Assembly (NCBI GenBank): GCA_022710975.1
Contig: JAKLGA010000009.1
Span: 117,547 to 181,546, forward strand
Direction: 5' to 3'
Length of the DNA stretch: 64,000 nt
From: Myxococcota bacterium
Lineage (GTDB): Bacteria; Myxococcota; B64-G9
Of the stretch, positions 45,023 through 54,779 are shown piece by piece. The notes under the pieces were generated by a model. The model did no database searches. It was not told the origin of the DNA and worked only from the letters and a program-made list of their open reading frames with translations. Position numbers and translations under genes: made by a program. Numbering within the stretch: position 1 is the stretch's first letter; each line of letters begins with the position of its first letter.

Positions 45023-45712
45023 TCAATCGTATTCCTTGTCCGCGCGCTTGCGCTTGGCGCGGTCGTGGGCCTCGCGCTGCTCTTGCAGGACGCTGGCGAC
45101 CTTCTCGTTCCTGGGGGCTTCCTTCTCGCCGCCGATGTCGCTCTCGCGCATGGGCGGCTTGTGGCTGGTGAGCACGTCGAGCAGGCGCTCGACCAGGCGC
45201 GCGGGGTCGGGCTCGTACATCACCCGCTCGGGCGGCGCGTGCCGGCCGGCCTTGGCCAGGATGTCGCCGATGTGGTCGGCGATGCCGCCCGTGCCCGTCA
45301 GCACCCCCACCGGCTTCATCTCCTCGTAGGCCACGGTGAACTCGTTCAGCGTGCCGATGCCCCCGCCCACGATCACCACCGCGTCGGAGGAGCGGATGTT
45401 GACGATGTCCCGCTCCATCAGCCCCATGCCCGAGAACAGGATCATGTCGTAGTGCTGCATGGGCGAGCCGTATACCTGAAGGTGCTCGGCCTCGCTGAAG
45501 GCCGGGGACACGCCGAACACGAAGCCGCCCCGGGCCTTGGCGCCCGCGGCCGCGTGGTCCGGCAGGCCGGGGCAGGCGCCGGTGATGCAGATGCAGCCGC
45601 GGTCGGCCACGGCCTCGCCCAGCCGGCGGGCCAGTTCCTGCGCCCTCGGGTCCCGGATGGTGGGCCCGGAGGCCGAGCCCATCACGCCGATCTTGATGCG
45701 TTTCTTCTCCAC
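45023..45712 (-). CDS. TIGR00725/LOG-like Rossmann-fold nucleotide-binding protein
   Basis: KIGVMGSASG...GFVFGVSP...VVIVGGGIGTLNEF. RBS GGAGG before GTG 45712. Confidence 0.6.
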   Translation of the reverse strand: MEKKRIKIGVMGSASGPTIRDPRAQELARRLGEAVADRGCICITGACPGLPDHAAAGAKARGGFVFGVSPAFSEAEHLQVYGSPMQHYDMILFSGMGLMERDIVNIRSSDAVVIVGGGIGTLNEFTVAYEEMKPVGVLTGTGGIADHIGDILAKAGRHAPPERVMYEPDPARLVERLLDVLTSHKPPMRESDIGGEKEAPRNEKVASVLQEQREAHDRAKRKRADKEYD

Positions 45713-45738
45713 GTCGCCTCCTCGGGAGCGGCCGCTGC

Positions 45739-47592
45739 TCAGCGGGGGTGGCGGGCCAGGTCCCACACCCGGCGCCAGGCAGGGCCGACCGGGTTCGCGG
45801 GCACGGCCGGTGCGTACTGGGCCGGGACGCCGCCGGTCATGGAGGCCAGGTAGCCGGCCACCGCGTACCACAGCTTGATCTCGTGGCCCGCGCCGTCGGT
45901 CACCAGGGCCGGCGCGGCGGGCTGGCCGTTCTGGTCCAGCGGCTGCAGGTTGAAGGACGCCAGGAAGGCCGCGATGTAGGAGGTGGTGGTGAGCTCGACC
46001 AGCTCCGTCATCGGATCCAGGCTCCAGTCCGGGTTGGCGCTGGCGTCGTAGACCACCGTGCCCGCGTCCGACTCGTCCAGCGCGGTGTAGGTGGTCAGCT
46101 TCTTGATGCGCATGTACTGCGGGGCGCTGGAGTCGATCTCCATGCGCAGCCCCGAGGTGATCATGAAGTAGTCGTTGTTGGTCATGCCGGCCGAGGCGCT
46201 GGTGGCCTCCAGGATGAGCTTCAGCGAGGCCCAGCTAAGGTAGAACTTCACCAGCGGGTAGCCCAGCCGCCCGTCCGGGCCGATGCCCAGCGGGGTCACG
46301 ATGTAGGCGTCCGGCAGGCCCAGCGCGCCGCCCGGGCCGAGCAGCATGTCGTCGCGCACGTCCCCGCCGTTGGAGACCGCGGCGACCTCGGTGCCCGAGG
46401 CCCGCCGCGCGGCGTCCGCCACCAGGTAGCCCAGGTTGTGGGCGTCGAAGTAGGTCCGCTCCAGCGGGAAGCCGGAGGTGGTGAGCGACTGGTCGAACTC
46501 GCCCGTGAGGAACGCGTCGGCCGCGGGCAGCACCGGGAAGCTCTGCAGCAGCTCCTGCTCGATCGACTGGATGAGCGGGTCGACCAGCGCCGACTTGGCG
46601 GGGTCGGCGGCCAGGCTGTCGTCGATGGCCAGGAGCTCGCCGGTGGCCGCGCGCGCGCCGCCCGCGCGGGTGAGCACCACGTGGGACAGGTAGCGGCCGT
46701 AGTCGCCGGCCTCCAGCGCCCAGGCGGTCTCGCCGTCCGGGCCGGTGATGGCGGCCAGCGACGAGCTCACCGTGTGCTCGTGGCCGGACAGCGCCAGGTC
46801 GATGCCCCGCACCTGGCGGAGCAGCTCGATGGTGTCGCCCGCCGGCTGGCCCGCCTGCTCGGTGATGCCCATGTGCGCCAGCACGATGACCACGTCCGCG
46901 CCCTCGGCGCGCATCTCGTCCACCACGGCCTGGACCTCGGGCGCGAGCTCGGCGATGGTGGTGGCGAAGGTGACCGGCACCGCGTTGTAGGTGACCGTGC
47001 TGTAGGACACCGGCCCGAGCACGCCGGTGATGCCCACGCTCACCCCGCCCACCTCCCGCAGGATGTAGGGGTGGATGCGCTTGCCGGCCACGCCCTCGGG
47101 GCCGTACAGCGCCTCCAGGGCGTCGTCCCCGGCGTCGTCGGCGTCGAAGCGGATGTTGGCGCACACCAGCGGGACGCCGGGCGCCTGCGAGGCGTCGATC
47201 ATGCCCACCAGCCCCGCGGGGCCCCAGTCGAGCTCGTGGTTGCCGATGGCGGCCGCGCTGAAGCCGAGCTCGGCCAGCAGATCGAGGTCGCCGCCCGCGC
47301 CGTTCGCCCCGCCGAACAGGGTGCCCATCTTGAAGTCGCCGGCGTCGAGCAGCAGCTTGGCGGGGGAGGGGTCGTCGGCGTAGAGCTTGGCCCAGCGGCC
47401 CATGCCCCCCAGGGTGCCGTCGCCGATGGCCCCGGTGTAGCTCATGTTCGGCTGGCCGAGCCAGTGGGAGTGGCGATCGTTCTGGTGGTAGACCACGAGC
47501 TCGTAGTCCTTGGGCGAGTCCTCGGAGCAGGCCGCGCCGGCCAGGAGGGTGAGCGCCAGGGTGGAGACCGGGATCAGGCGACGGATGTTCAT
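45739..47592 (-). CDS. Bifunctional metallophosphatase/5'-nucleotidase (UshA-like), secreted/lipoprotein
   Basis: Metallophos motifs (HQNDRH, GDFKMG, GNHELD, GHEH) plus 5'-nucleotidase C-terminal domain. RBS GAGGAGG before ATG 47592. Confidence 0.8.
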   Translation of the reverse strand: MNIRRLIPVSTLALTLLAGAACSEDSPKDYELVVYHQNDRHSHWLGQPNMSYTGAIGDGTLGGMGRWAKLYADDPSPAKLLLDAGDFKMGTLFGGANGAGGDLDLLAELGFSAAAIGNHELDWGPAGLVGMIDASQAPGVPLVCANIRFDADDAGDDALEALYGPEGVAGKRIHPYILREVGGVSVGITGVLGPVSYSTVTYNAVPVTFATTIAELAPEVQAVVDEMRAEGADVVIVLAHMGITEQAGQPAGDTIELLRQVRGIDLALSGHEHTVSSSLAAITGPDGETAWALEAGDYGRYLSHVVLTRAGGARAATGELLAIDDSLAADPAKSALVDPLIQSIEQELLQSFPVLPAADAFLTGEFDQSLTTSGFPLERTYFDAHNLGYLVADAARRASGTEVAAVSNGGDVRDDMLLGPGGALGLPDAYIVTPLGIGPDGRLGYPLVKFYLSWASLKLILEATSASAGMTNNDYFMITSGLRMEIDSSAPQYMRIKKLTTYTALDESDAGTVVYDASANPDWSLDPMTELVELTTTSYIAAFLASFNLQPLDQNGQPAAPALVTDGAGHEIKLWYAVAGYLASMTGGVPAQYAPAVPANPVGPAWRRVWDLARHPR

Positions 47593-47655
47593 GGGGACCT
47601 CCTCGATCGAGGCCCCATTCAAGCCCGTGGCGGCCCCGGAGTCAACCTGGAAGGG

Positions 47656-47889
47656 TCAGAGACGGCTCTCGTCGCAGATGTTCTGGTCGAAGCGGTAGCG
47701 GCAGGTGGTGAAGCCGAACAGGTGGTAGAGCGGGGACCAGCCCGCGGCGGCGGTCGCCAGCGGCCACAGCGCCAGGAGCCCCCACCAGGTCGACAGGGCG
47801 AAGCCGACCACCGCCAGGCTCAGGCCCAGCAGCAGGCGGAAGATGCGGTCCCACAGGGCGATGTTCGGTTCGGGTCGTGTCCAGCGCAT
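47656..47889 (-). CDS. DUF2892 (YgaP-like) small membrane protein
   Basis: Two TM helices. Conserved W...GxxxxCPxY-like C-terminal pattern (GFTTCRYRFDQNICDESRL). Confidence 0.5.
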   Translation of the reverse strand: MRWTRPEPNIALWDRIFRLLLGLSLAVVGFALSTWWGLLALWPLATAAAGWSPLYHLFGFTTCRYRFDQNICDESRL

Positions 47890-47979
47890 GTTGTTGCACT
47901 CCCTTCCCCCGGCCCGGCTGACCGGCACGACTCGGTCGGGCGGTGGGGGAGGGGGCTTACGGGCGGACCCGCGGGGCGC

Positions 47980-48690
47980 TCAGCGCCGGCCGCCGACGAT
48001 GCGCAGGATGAGCAGGAACAGGTTGATGAAGTCGAGGTACAAGACCAGCGCGCCGTGGATGGCCATCTTGCGCCCCGCCTCGGTGCCGGAGTCCACAACC
48101 TCGCCCATCAGCTTGATCTTCTGCGTGTCCCAGGCGGTCAGCAGCACGAAGATGAGCACGCCGGCGTAGGTGGTCACCCAGTACAGGGTGCTGTTCGCCC
48201 AGAACAGGTTCACCACCGAGGCGATGATGAGCCCGAACAGGCCCATCATGGCGAAGTGCCCCACGCCGCTCAAGCTCCGCTTGGTGAAGTAGCCGTAGGC
48301 CGAGGTGGCGCCGAAGGTGCCGGCGGTCACGAAGAAGGCGGCGGCGATGCCGGACAGCTCGAAGAACAAGAACAGCACCGCGAAGGTGAGCCCGTTCAGG
48401 GCCGCGTAGGCCAGGAACAGGGCGATGGCGGTGGCGGAGTTGATGCGCTTGGCAGCCCAGGAGAACACCAGCACCAGCACCAGCTCGCCGACCAGCAGCG
48501 CGTAGAACACCCCGCTCCGGGCCATCTGCCAGGCCCACTCGGCCGGCACCAGCATGGCGATGGCGCCGGTCAGCGCCAGCCCGACCGTCATCCAGCGGTA
48601 GACCACCCACAGGAACGCGTTCTCGGCCGTGATGGCGCGCGCGCCCGCGCCCAGGTCCGTCTGCCCCTGGTAGCCCTGGAAATCCGCCAT
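47980..48690 (-). CDS. Bax inhibitor-1/YccA (TMBIM) family membrane protein
   Basis: Seven TM helices, with family-typical length and C-terminal charged tail. RBS AAGGAGG before ATG 48690. Confidence 0.8.
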   Translation of the reverse strand: MADFQGYQGQTDLGAGARAITAENAFLWVVYRWMTVGLALTGAIAMLVPAEWAWQMARSGVFYALLVGELVLVLVFSWAAKRINSATAIALFLAYAALNGLTFAVLFLFFELSGIAAAFFVTAGTFGATSAYGYFTKRSLSGVGHFAMMGLFGLIIASVVNLFWANSTLYWVTTYAGVLIFVLLTAWDTQKIKLMGEVVDSGTEAGRKMAIHGALVLYLDFINLFLLILRIVGGRR

Positions 48691-48755
48691 GTGGCACCTC
48701 CTTGTCCGGCCCCGTATCTTGGGAGATCCGCGGGCCGGATGCAAGCGGACCGCGG

Positions 48756-48808
48756 CCGGGGCGTTGGCAGACCCGCCGTGTGTGAATCTCTCAGGGCAGC
48801 CTTCGAGG
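48756..48808. repeat. Intergenic repeat family A, copy 1 (CCGGGGCGTTGGCAG..CGTGTGTGAATCTCTCAGGGCAGCCTTCGAGG)
   Basis: About 50-nt element. Copies at 54500..54553 (about 85% identical) and 58017..58059 (5' two-thirds conserved). Confidence 0.6.
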
Positions 48809-48855
48809 AGTCCTGCCTCCAACTAGACACCGGCCACTCGCAACCAGCCACTGGC

Positions 48856-48938
48856 TTCTCGCCACCTCCTTCCTTTCCTTCACCCCGGGGAGGTACAATC
48901 GCGCAAGGCCTGACCCGGCACGCTCAGGAGGGATTCCG
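48856..48938 (+). promoter_or_regulatory. Conserved leader with candidate -10 TACAAT (48894..48899) 40 nt before ATG; duplicated at 52851..52933
   Basis: About 80 nt nearly identical between the two paralog leaders, including CACCTCCTTCYTTTCCTTC, GGAGGTACAATCGCG and RBS AGGAGGGA. Confidence 0.3.
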
Positions 48939-51707
48939 ATGGGGATCATGCGGTTCGCAACCCGCCTCCGCCCGATCTGCGCGATCCTCGGCCTGGCCCT
49001 GTGCCTGGGGGCCCTCCTCGCCTGCCCGGGTTGCGTCGACTACCAGGGGAACGTCCCCTGCGAGTCCGACTCCGACTGCGGCAGGGCGCAGGCCTGCGAC
49101 CTGACCCAGGGAATCTGCCGTCCCATGTCCTGCGTCCTGGCCTGCCAGGGCCGCGAGTGCGGGCCCGACGGCTGCGGCGGGACATGCGGCGCCTGCGCCG
49201 CGGGGGAGACCTGCAGCCAGGGCGGACAGTGCCTCGGCGCATGCTCGCCAGACTGCTCGGCCCGCGAGTGCGGGCCCGACGGCTGTGGCGGGAGCTGCGG
49301 CGCCTGCCCGGTGGGAGAAGTTTGCACCCCTGAGGGTATGTGCGGCGGCGACTACCCCTGCTGCGGAACCCGGGAGTGCGGGCCGGATCCGTGCATGGGT
49401 GTGTCGTGCGGCGCCTGCCTGCCGGGCGAGACATGCACCCCTGGGGGCATGTGCGAGGGCGACTACCCCTGCTGCGGGATCCGCGAGTGCGGGCCCGATC
49501 CGTGCGCGGGCGCCCCCTGCGGCACCTGCGGGATGGACGAGTGGTGCGACACGAGCGGCCAGTGCCAGGGCGTCTGCACCCCCGACTGCACCGGGAAGAG
49601 CTGTGGGGACGACGGCTGCGGCGGGAGCTGCGGCACGTGTGCGTACGATGAATGGTGCAGTGCGGCAAGCCAATGCAGGGCGGCCGCCCAGGTGGGGGAG
49701 GCCTGCCCCTTCGAGAGCATCAACCCGGACGCCGGGGTGTGCGCCGAGGGCTTGACCTGCCTGGGCCTTGCGCCCGAACCCTACAGCTCTCCGTGCTCGG
49801 CCGACGAGGACTGTCTGCTGTATCTCCAGGATTTCCATAACCCGGATTGTTCTGACGGTGGATGTGGGGGTTCCTTCTGCGTCGCCGATTGCGTGGCGGA
49901 GGACTGCGACTCAGGTTTCAGCCCACAAATGGTCGGGGGTCATTGCTACTGCATCCCGGCGAACGCAGGCCCGAACGACGGCCAGGTGGGCGACGCATGC
50001 TACTTCGATCCAGTCCATACCGAGGAGGGCGCCTGCGTCCCAGGCCTCGAGTGCTTTGGCATGGGGCCGTACTGGAACGAGATGCCCTGCACGGATGACT
50101 CCGACTGCTTGGCCTTCCTCCCTGCCTCCTACAACCCAGAGTGTGTCGCTGGCAGTTGCGGCGCGTCTCTCTGCGTCGGCCCTTGTGCCGCAGACGGCTC
50201 CTGCGCCGACGGCCTACAGCCGATTGTGATGGGCAGCGAGTGCTTCTGCATTCCCAGCGACCAGATCGGCACTGGCCAGCCCGGCGACCCCTGCCCCTTC
50301 GAGCAGGTCCATGCGGACGACGGGCCGTGCGCTCCGGACCTCGTGTGCCTGGGCAATGCCCAGGGCGCTGAAGCCTGCGCGACCGTCGCAGACTGCGTGA
50401 ACTTCGGCTACGACCAGGTCTACAACCCGGAGTGCGTCCAAGGCTTCTGCGGCTTCTCCTTCTGCGCCGGCCTCTGCGTGAACGGCGGCCACTGCGACCC
50501 CGGTTTCCTGCCGATCGAATCGGAGGGCACCTGCTACTGCATCCCGGACACCTCGGAGGCCACCGGTCAGGCCGGCGATCCCTGCCCCTTCGACCAGGTC
50601 AACCCGACCGCGACCGAGTGCGCTGTCGGCCTGACCTGTCTGGGGATCCTGCCGGATCCGAGCTCGACTCCCTGTCCCGCGGGCGACGCGGACTGTCTGG
50701 CTTTCTACGCGGCCGCCTGGAACCCCGACTGCGCAGTGGGCGGCTGCGGCGTGTCCTTCTGTTCGGCAACGTGCACCAACGGCGCCTGCCCCGCGGGCTT
50801 CGGGACCTATGACATCATGGACACCTGCTACTGCATCCCCCTCCAGCAGCCGTCCCCCTCCAGAATCGCCTACGTCACCAACCGGAGCGGCCGGTACGAG
50901 ATCTGGGTGATGACCGGGGACGGCCTCGGGCAGCGGCAGCTCACCTTCAGCGCGCCCGACGAAACCCAGCGCATGGGCGCGCACTCGCCGCGCTGGTCGC
51001 CGGACGGCGCCCGGATCGCCTTCCTGTACGGCGCCGGGGACCCGACGCCGGACAGCACGCGGACCATGGTGATGAACGCCGACGGGACGGACCTGCGGGA
51101 GGTCACCCACGCGATCAGGACCTACTGGGAGCTGATTGCCTGGAGCCTGGACGGGACCGCGATCCTCCAGGAGCTCGACCTCTTCATGAACTCTCAGATC
51201 CTGGGCGTCGACCTGGCGACCGGCGCGACCCGGGTGGTCCTGGACGACACCCCGGACGGCTACCTCATCGCGGTCTCCCCGGACGTCAACCCGGTGGACG
51301 CCACGCTCGCGTACATCGCCTACAACACCGGCGGCGACTGGGGCGGCTTGCGCCTCCGCGCCATGGACGGCGGCGCCGAGACGACCCTCCTCGGCGCCGG
51401 GGTCGGGGTCGCCTCGCCGAGGTGGTCGCCGACCGGCGAGGAGATCGCGTACTCGCTCGAGGACTCCACGACAGGCAGCTTCAAGGTGATCGCCCGGGCT
51501 GGCGGGCCGCCCCGGACCATCACCTTGGACCCTCCGGTCGACACCAGGGCGGTCAGCGTGGACTGGACCGAGGACGGGTTCATCTTCAGGCGGTCCGCGG
51601 GCTCCGGCGGTGAGATCTGGGCCTGCGGGGCGGACGGCAGCGGGGCTCACGCGCTCCTCGCGGACGGCTGGAACAACCTGGAGCCGGACTGGAGGAGCGC
51701 GCCGTAG
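48939..51707 (+). CDS. Cysteine-rich repeat lipoprotein with C-terminal TolB-like (PD40/WD40-like) beta-propeller
   Basis: Lipobox LLAC. Repeated RECGPDGCGGSCGAC units. C-terminal segment with SPDG/SPRWSPDG PD40-like blades. Confidence 0.75.
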   Translation: MGIMRFATRLRPICAILGLALCLGALLACPGCVDYQGNVPCESDSDCGRAQACDLTQGICRPMSCVLACQGRECGPDGCGGTCGACAAGETCSQGGQCLGACSPDCSARECGPDGCGGSCGACPVGEVCTPEGMCGGDYPCCGTRECGPDPCMGVSCGACLPGETCTPGGMCEGDYPCCGIRECGPDPCAGAPCGTCGMDEWCDTSGQCQGVCTPDCTGKSCGDDGCGGSCGTCAYDEWCSAASQCRAAAQVGEACPFESINPDAGVCAEGLTCLGLAPEPYSSPCSADEDCLLYLQDFHNPDCSDGGCGGSFCVADCVAEDCDSGFSPQMVGGHCYCIPANAGPNDGQVGDACYFDPVHTEEGACVPGLECFGMGPYWNEMPCTDDSDCLAFLPASYNPECVAGSCGASLCVGPCAADGSCADGLQPIVMGSECFCIPSDQIGTGQPGDPCPFEQVHADDGPCAPDLVCLGNAQGAEACATVADCVNFGYDQVYNPECVQGFCGFSFCAGLCVNGGHCDPGFLPIESEGTCYCIPDTSEATGQAGDPCPFDQVNPTATECAVGLTCLGILPDPSSTPCPAGDADCLAFYAAAWNPDCAVGGCGVSFCSATCTNGACPAGFGTYDIMDTCYCIPLQQPSPSRIAYVTNRSGRYEIWVMTGDGLGQRQLTFSAPDETQRMGAHSPRWSPDGARIAFLYGAGDPTPDSTRTMVMNADGTDLREVTHAIRTYWELIAWSLDGTAILQELDLFMNSQILGVDLATGATRVVLDDTPDGYLIAVSPDVNPVDATLAYIAYNTGGDWGGLRLRAMDGGAETTLLGAGVGVASPRWSPTGEEIAYSLEDSTTGSFKVIARAGGPPRTITLDPPVDTRAVSVDWTEDGFIFRRSAGSGGEIWACGADGSGAHALLADGWNNLEPDWRSAP

Positions 51708-51794
51708 GTTCGCCGGGCCCCCCGGGGCCGTAGGTGCCAGCCGCCTGCAAGGCTGGGTGGTCCGCTGCACACGCAACCACCAGCGAGGGTCGCG

Positions 51795-52769
51795 ATGAAG
51801 GGCAAGTCGGTCGATCTGCTGATGAAGGCGAAGCGTCGGCTCGACCCGCGGGCCCACACGGCCTGGACCGAGTTCCACCCGTTCCGCTCGGCCGAGGCGC
51901 GCGCGGAGTACTTCGCCTCTCTCGAGCCGCGCGAGCGGCGCTGGCCGATCCCCTCGGAGGACCGCGTCGTCGAGACCTCGTGGGCGCGGACCTTCGTCCG
52001 CGTGGGCGGATTGGCCGGCGGGCCGCCGCTGGTGCTGATGCACGGCGCGGCCACCAACTCCCTGAGCTGGGAGTGCAACATCCAGGGGCTGTCGGAGCGT
52101 CATCGCACCTACGCGATCGACAACCCCTACGACGTCGGCCGCAGCGTCTACGCGCGCGACGCGAGCAGCGTCGACGACTACGTGGCCTGGCTGGACGAGA
52201 CGCTCTCCGCGCTCGGGCTCGCGGGCGGGATCGATCTGGTCGGCATGTCCTACGGCGCGTGGCTGACCGCGAAGTACACGCTCGCCCACCCCGAGCGCGT
52301 CGCCCGCGCGGTGTTGCTGGTCCCGGCCCTGACGGTGCAGAACGTGCGCTTCGTCTGGGTGGTGCGCTGCCTGTTGTCGATGCTCGATCGGAGGCTCTCG
52401 CAGAACTTCGCGCGCTGGACGCTCCGCGACGCCTACGAGCAGGGCCCGCGCTCCAGGCAGCTCGTCGAGGAGATCGCCGACGACGGCCTCGCCCTGTCGA
52501 AGAAGTGCATCTCCCGGCACGTGGTGCTCCCCACCAGGCTCGAGGACGCCGAGTGGCGGCGCCTCACCACCCCGATGCTGGTGCTCGTGGGCGAGCACGA
52601 GAAGCACTACCACCCGGCGAAGGCGGTCGCCCACCTCGCGCGCGTGGCGCCCCGGGTCAAGGTGGAGGTCATCGCCGGCGCCGGGCACGATCTCGCGGCG
52701 GTCTTCCCCGAGCTGGTGAACCGGAAGGTGCTCGCCTTCCTCGAGGAGGGGCGGGCCGATTCGCGGTAG
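51795..52769 (+). CDS. Alpha/beta-fold hydrolase
   Basis: HGAATN oxyanion region, nucleophile elbow GMSYG, C-terminal GAGHDL (His). Confidence 0.8.
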   Translation: MKGKSVDLLMKAKRRLDPRAHTAWTEFHPFRSAEARAEYFASLEPRERRWPIPSEDRVVETSWARTFVRVGGLAGGPPLVLMHGAATNSLSWECNIQGLSERHRTYAIDNPYDVGRSVYARDASSVDDYVAWLDETLSALGLAGGIDLVGMSYGAWLTAKYTLAHPERVARAVLLVPALTVQNVRFVWVVRCLLSMLDRRLSQNFARWTLRDAYEQGPRSRQLVEEIADDGLALSKKCISRHVVLPTRLEDAEWRRLTTPMLVLVGEHEKHYHPAKAVAHLARVAPRVKVEVIAGAGHDLAAVFPELVNRKVLAFLEEGRADSR

Positions 52770-52850
52770 GGGCCACCAGACACTCGCGACTCGTCACCCC
52801 CTTCGGGGGCTGCTCCGCTTCGCTCGAGGACTCGCTCGCTCCGCGGCTCG

Positions 52851-52933
52851 CCACCCGCCACCTCCTTCTTTCCTTCCTCCCGTGGAGGTACAATCGCGGA
52901 AGGCCTGGCCCGGCGCTCTCAGGAGGGACTCCG
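52851..52933 (+). promoter_or_regulatory. Duplicate of conserved leader; candidate -10 TACAAT at 52889..52894
   Basis: Same motif order and same 40-nt spacing to the ATG as at 48856..48938. Confidence 0.3.
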
Positions 52934-54487
52934 ATGGGGATCACGCGGTTCGCAACCCGCTCTCGTCCGGTCCGCGCGACCCTCGGACTGGCCCTGTGCC
53001 TGGGGGCCGTCCTCGCCTGCCCGGGCTGCGTCGACTACCAGGGGACCGTCCCCTGCGAGTCCGACTCCGACTGCGGCAGGGCGCAGGTCTGCGACCTGAC
53101 CCAGGGGATCTGCCGTCCCATGTCCTGCATCCAGGCCTGCCAGGACCGCGAGTGCGGGCCCGACGGCTGCGGCGGGAGCTGCGGCGCCTGCGCCGCGGGG
53201 GAGACCTGCAGCCAGGGCGGACAGTGCCTCGGCGCATGCTCGCCCGACTGCTCGGCCCGCGAGTGCGGGCCCGACGGCTGCGGCGGGAGCTGCGGCACCT
53301 GCCCGGCAGGAGAAGCTTGCACCCCTGTGGGCGTGTGCGGCGGCGACTACCCCTGCTGCGAAACCCGGGAGTGCGGGCCGGATCCGTGCATGGGTGTGTC
53401 GTGCGGCGCCTGCCTGCCGGGCGAGACATGCACCCCAGCGGGCATGTGCGAGGGCGAAGCCCCCTGCTGCGGAAACCGGGAGTGCGGGCCGGATCCGTGC
53501 GCGGGTGTTTCGTGCGGTGAATGCATGGCGGGCATGCCATGCACCCCATCTGGCATTTGCATGGGCGATGCCCCCTGCTGCGAAAACCGGGAGTGCGGGC
53601 CGGATCCGTGCCTGGGACTGTCCTGCGGCACCTGCGGGATGGACGAGTGGTGCGACGCGAACGGCCGGTGCCAGGGCGTCTGCACCCCCGACTGCACCGG
53701 CCGCCAGTGCGGGGACGACGGCTGCGGCGGGAGCTGCGGCACCTGCGCGTACGATGAATGGTGCAACGACCTCGGCATCTGCGTCTGGGAATGCCAGCCC
53801 GACTGCACCGGCAAGGAGTGCGGGCCCGACGGCTGCGGCGGGAGCTGCGGCACCTGCGCCCCGATGCAGGTGTGCGACGCGACCGCCCGGTGCGTGCTCC
53901 CGGGCAACCAGCAGGCCGGCGAGCCCTGCGACTTCGACACGGTGAACGTGGGCGCCGGGGAGTGCATGACCGGCCTGGTCTGCCTGGGTGTCCTTCCGGA
54001 CCCCACCATAGGGGCCTGCACCACCGACGGCGACTGCGTCAGTTTCCTGGACCCCCTCTGGAACCCGGACTGCGTGGGCGGCTACTGCGGCGCCTCCTTC
54101 TGCTCGCCGGAGTGCGAGAACGGCGCCTGCGACCCTGGCTTCCAGCCGCAGTACATCAGCGGCCTGTGCATGTGCATCCCTTACTGGCAGGACCCTGACC
54201 CGGGCCTGCCCGGCGACCCCTGCGCGTGGGACCAGGTGAACTCCGAGGCGGGCAACTGCGAGGCCAGCCTGCTCTGCCTGGGTATCCCCCCGGACCCGCT
54301 CGAGACGCCCTGTCCCGCGGGGGACGGGGACTGTCTGGCTTTCTACGCGGCCGCCTGGAACCCCGACTGCGTGGACGGCGGCTGCGGCGTGTCCTTCTGC
54401 TCGGAATCGTGCACCAACGGCGGCTGCATTACTGGCTTCGAGCCGATCGACATTTCGGGCGACTGCTACTGCGTCCCCCTCCCGTAG
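52934..54487 (+). CDS. Cysteine-rich repeat lipoprotein, paralog of 48939..51707 lacking the beta-propeller
   Basis: First ~720 nt >95% identical to paralog 1. One extra Cys-repeat unit. RBS AGGAGGG. Confidence 0.75.
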   Translation: MGITRFATRSRPVRATLGLALCLGAVLACPGCVDYQGTVPCESDSDCGRAQVCDLTQGICRPMSCIQACQDRECGPDGCGGSCGACAAGETCSQGGQCLGACSPDCSARECGPDGCGGSCGTCPAGEACTPVGVCGGDYPCCETRECGPDPCMGVSCGACLPGETCTPAGMCEGEAPCCGNRECGPDPCAGVSCGECMAGMPCTPSGICMGDAPCCENRECGPDPCLGLSCGTCGMDEWCDANGRCQGVCTPDCTGRQCGDDGCGGSCGTCAYDEWCNDLGICVWECQPDCTGKECGPDGCGGSCGTCAPMQVCDATARCVLPGNQQAGEPCDFDTVNVGAGECMTGLVCLGVLPDPTIGACTTDGDCVSFLDPLWNPDCVGGYCGASFCSPECENGACDPGFQPQYISGLCMCIPYWQDPDPGLPGDPCAWDQVNSEAGNCEASLLCLGIPPDPLETPCPAGDGDCLAFYAAAWNPDCVDGGCGVSFCSESCTNGGCITGFEPIDISGDCYCVPLP

Positions 54488-54499
54488 CCGTCCCCTGCA

Positions 54500-54553
54500 G
54501 GCAGGACGTTGGCATACCCTGCGTGTGCGAATCTCTCAGGGCAGCCTTCGAGG
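54500..54553. repeat. Intergenic repeat family A, copy 2
   Basis: CAGGACGTTGGCATACCCTGCGTGTGCGAATCTCTCAGGGCAGCCTTCGAGG. Confidence 0.6.
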
Positions 54554-54632
54554 GGTTTGCCGATACCCGACCCACGATCTATCGAGGAACCCGGCTACCC
54601 GCGGCCACCCGCGGCACTCGGGTGGCACCTGC

Positions 54633-54674
54633 GAAGGCCTCTTCTTCGCGGCGTCATGCGGAAGATCCGGTCCC
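54633..54674. repeat. Intergenic repeat family B, copy 1 (GAAGGCCTCTTCTTCGCGGCGTCATGCGGAAGATCCGGTCCC)
   Basis: 41 of 42 nt identical to 57950..57991. Confidence 0.7.
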
Positions 54675-54779
54675 ACGAGAGGTACCGGCTGCCTGAAGAT
54701 GTGCAGATTGCGCTGCGGGTCTGAACGCGCGAAAATTGTCCAGGGGAGAGCATCGTCCCTGTGAGAATGGAGGTTACCC

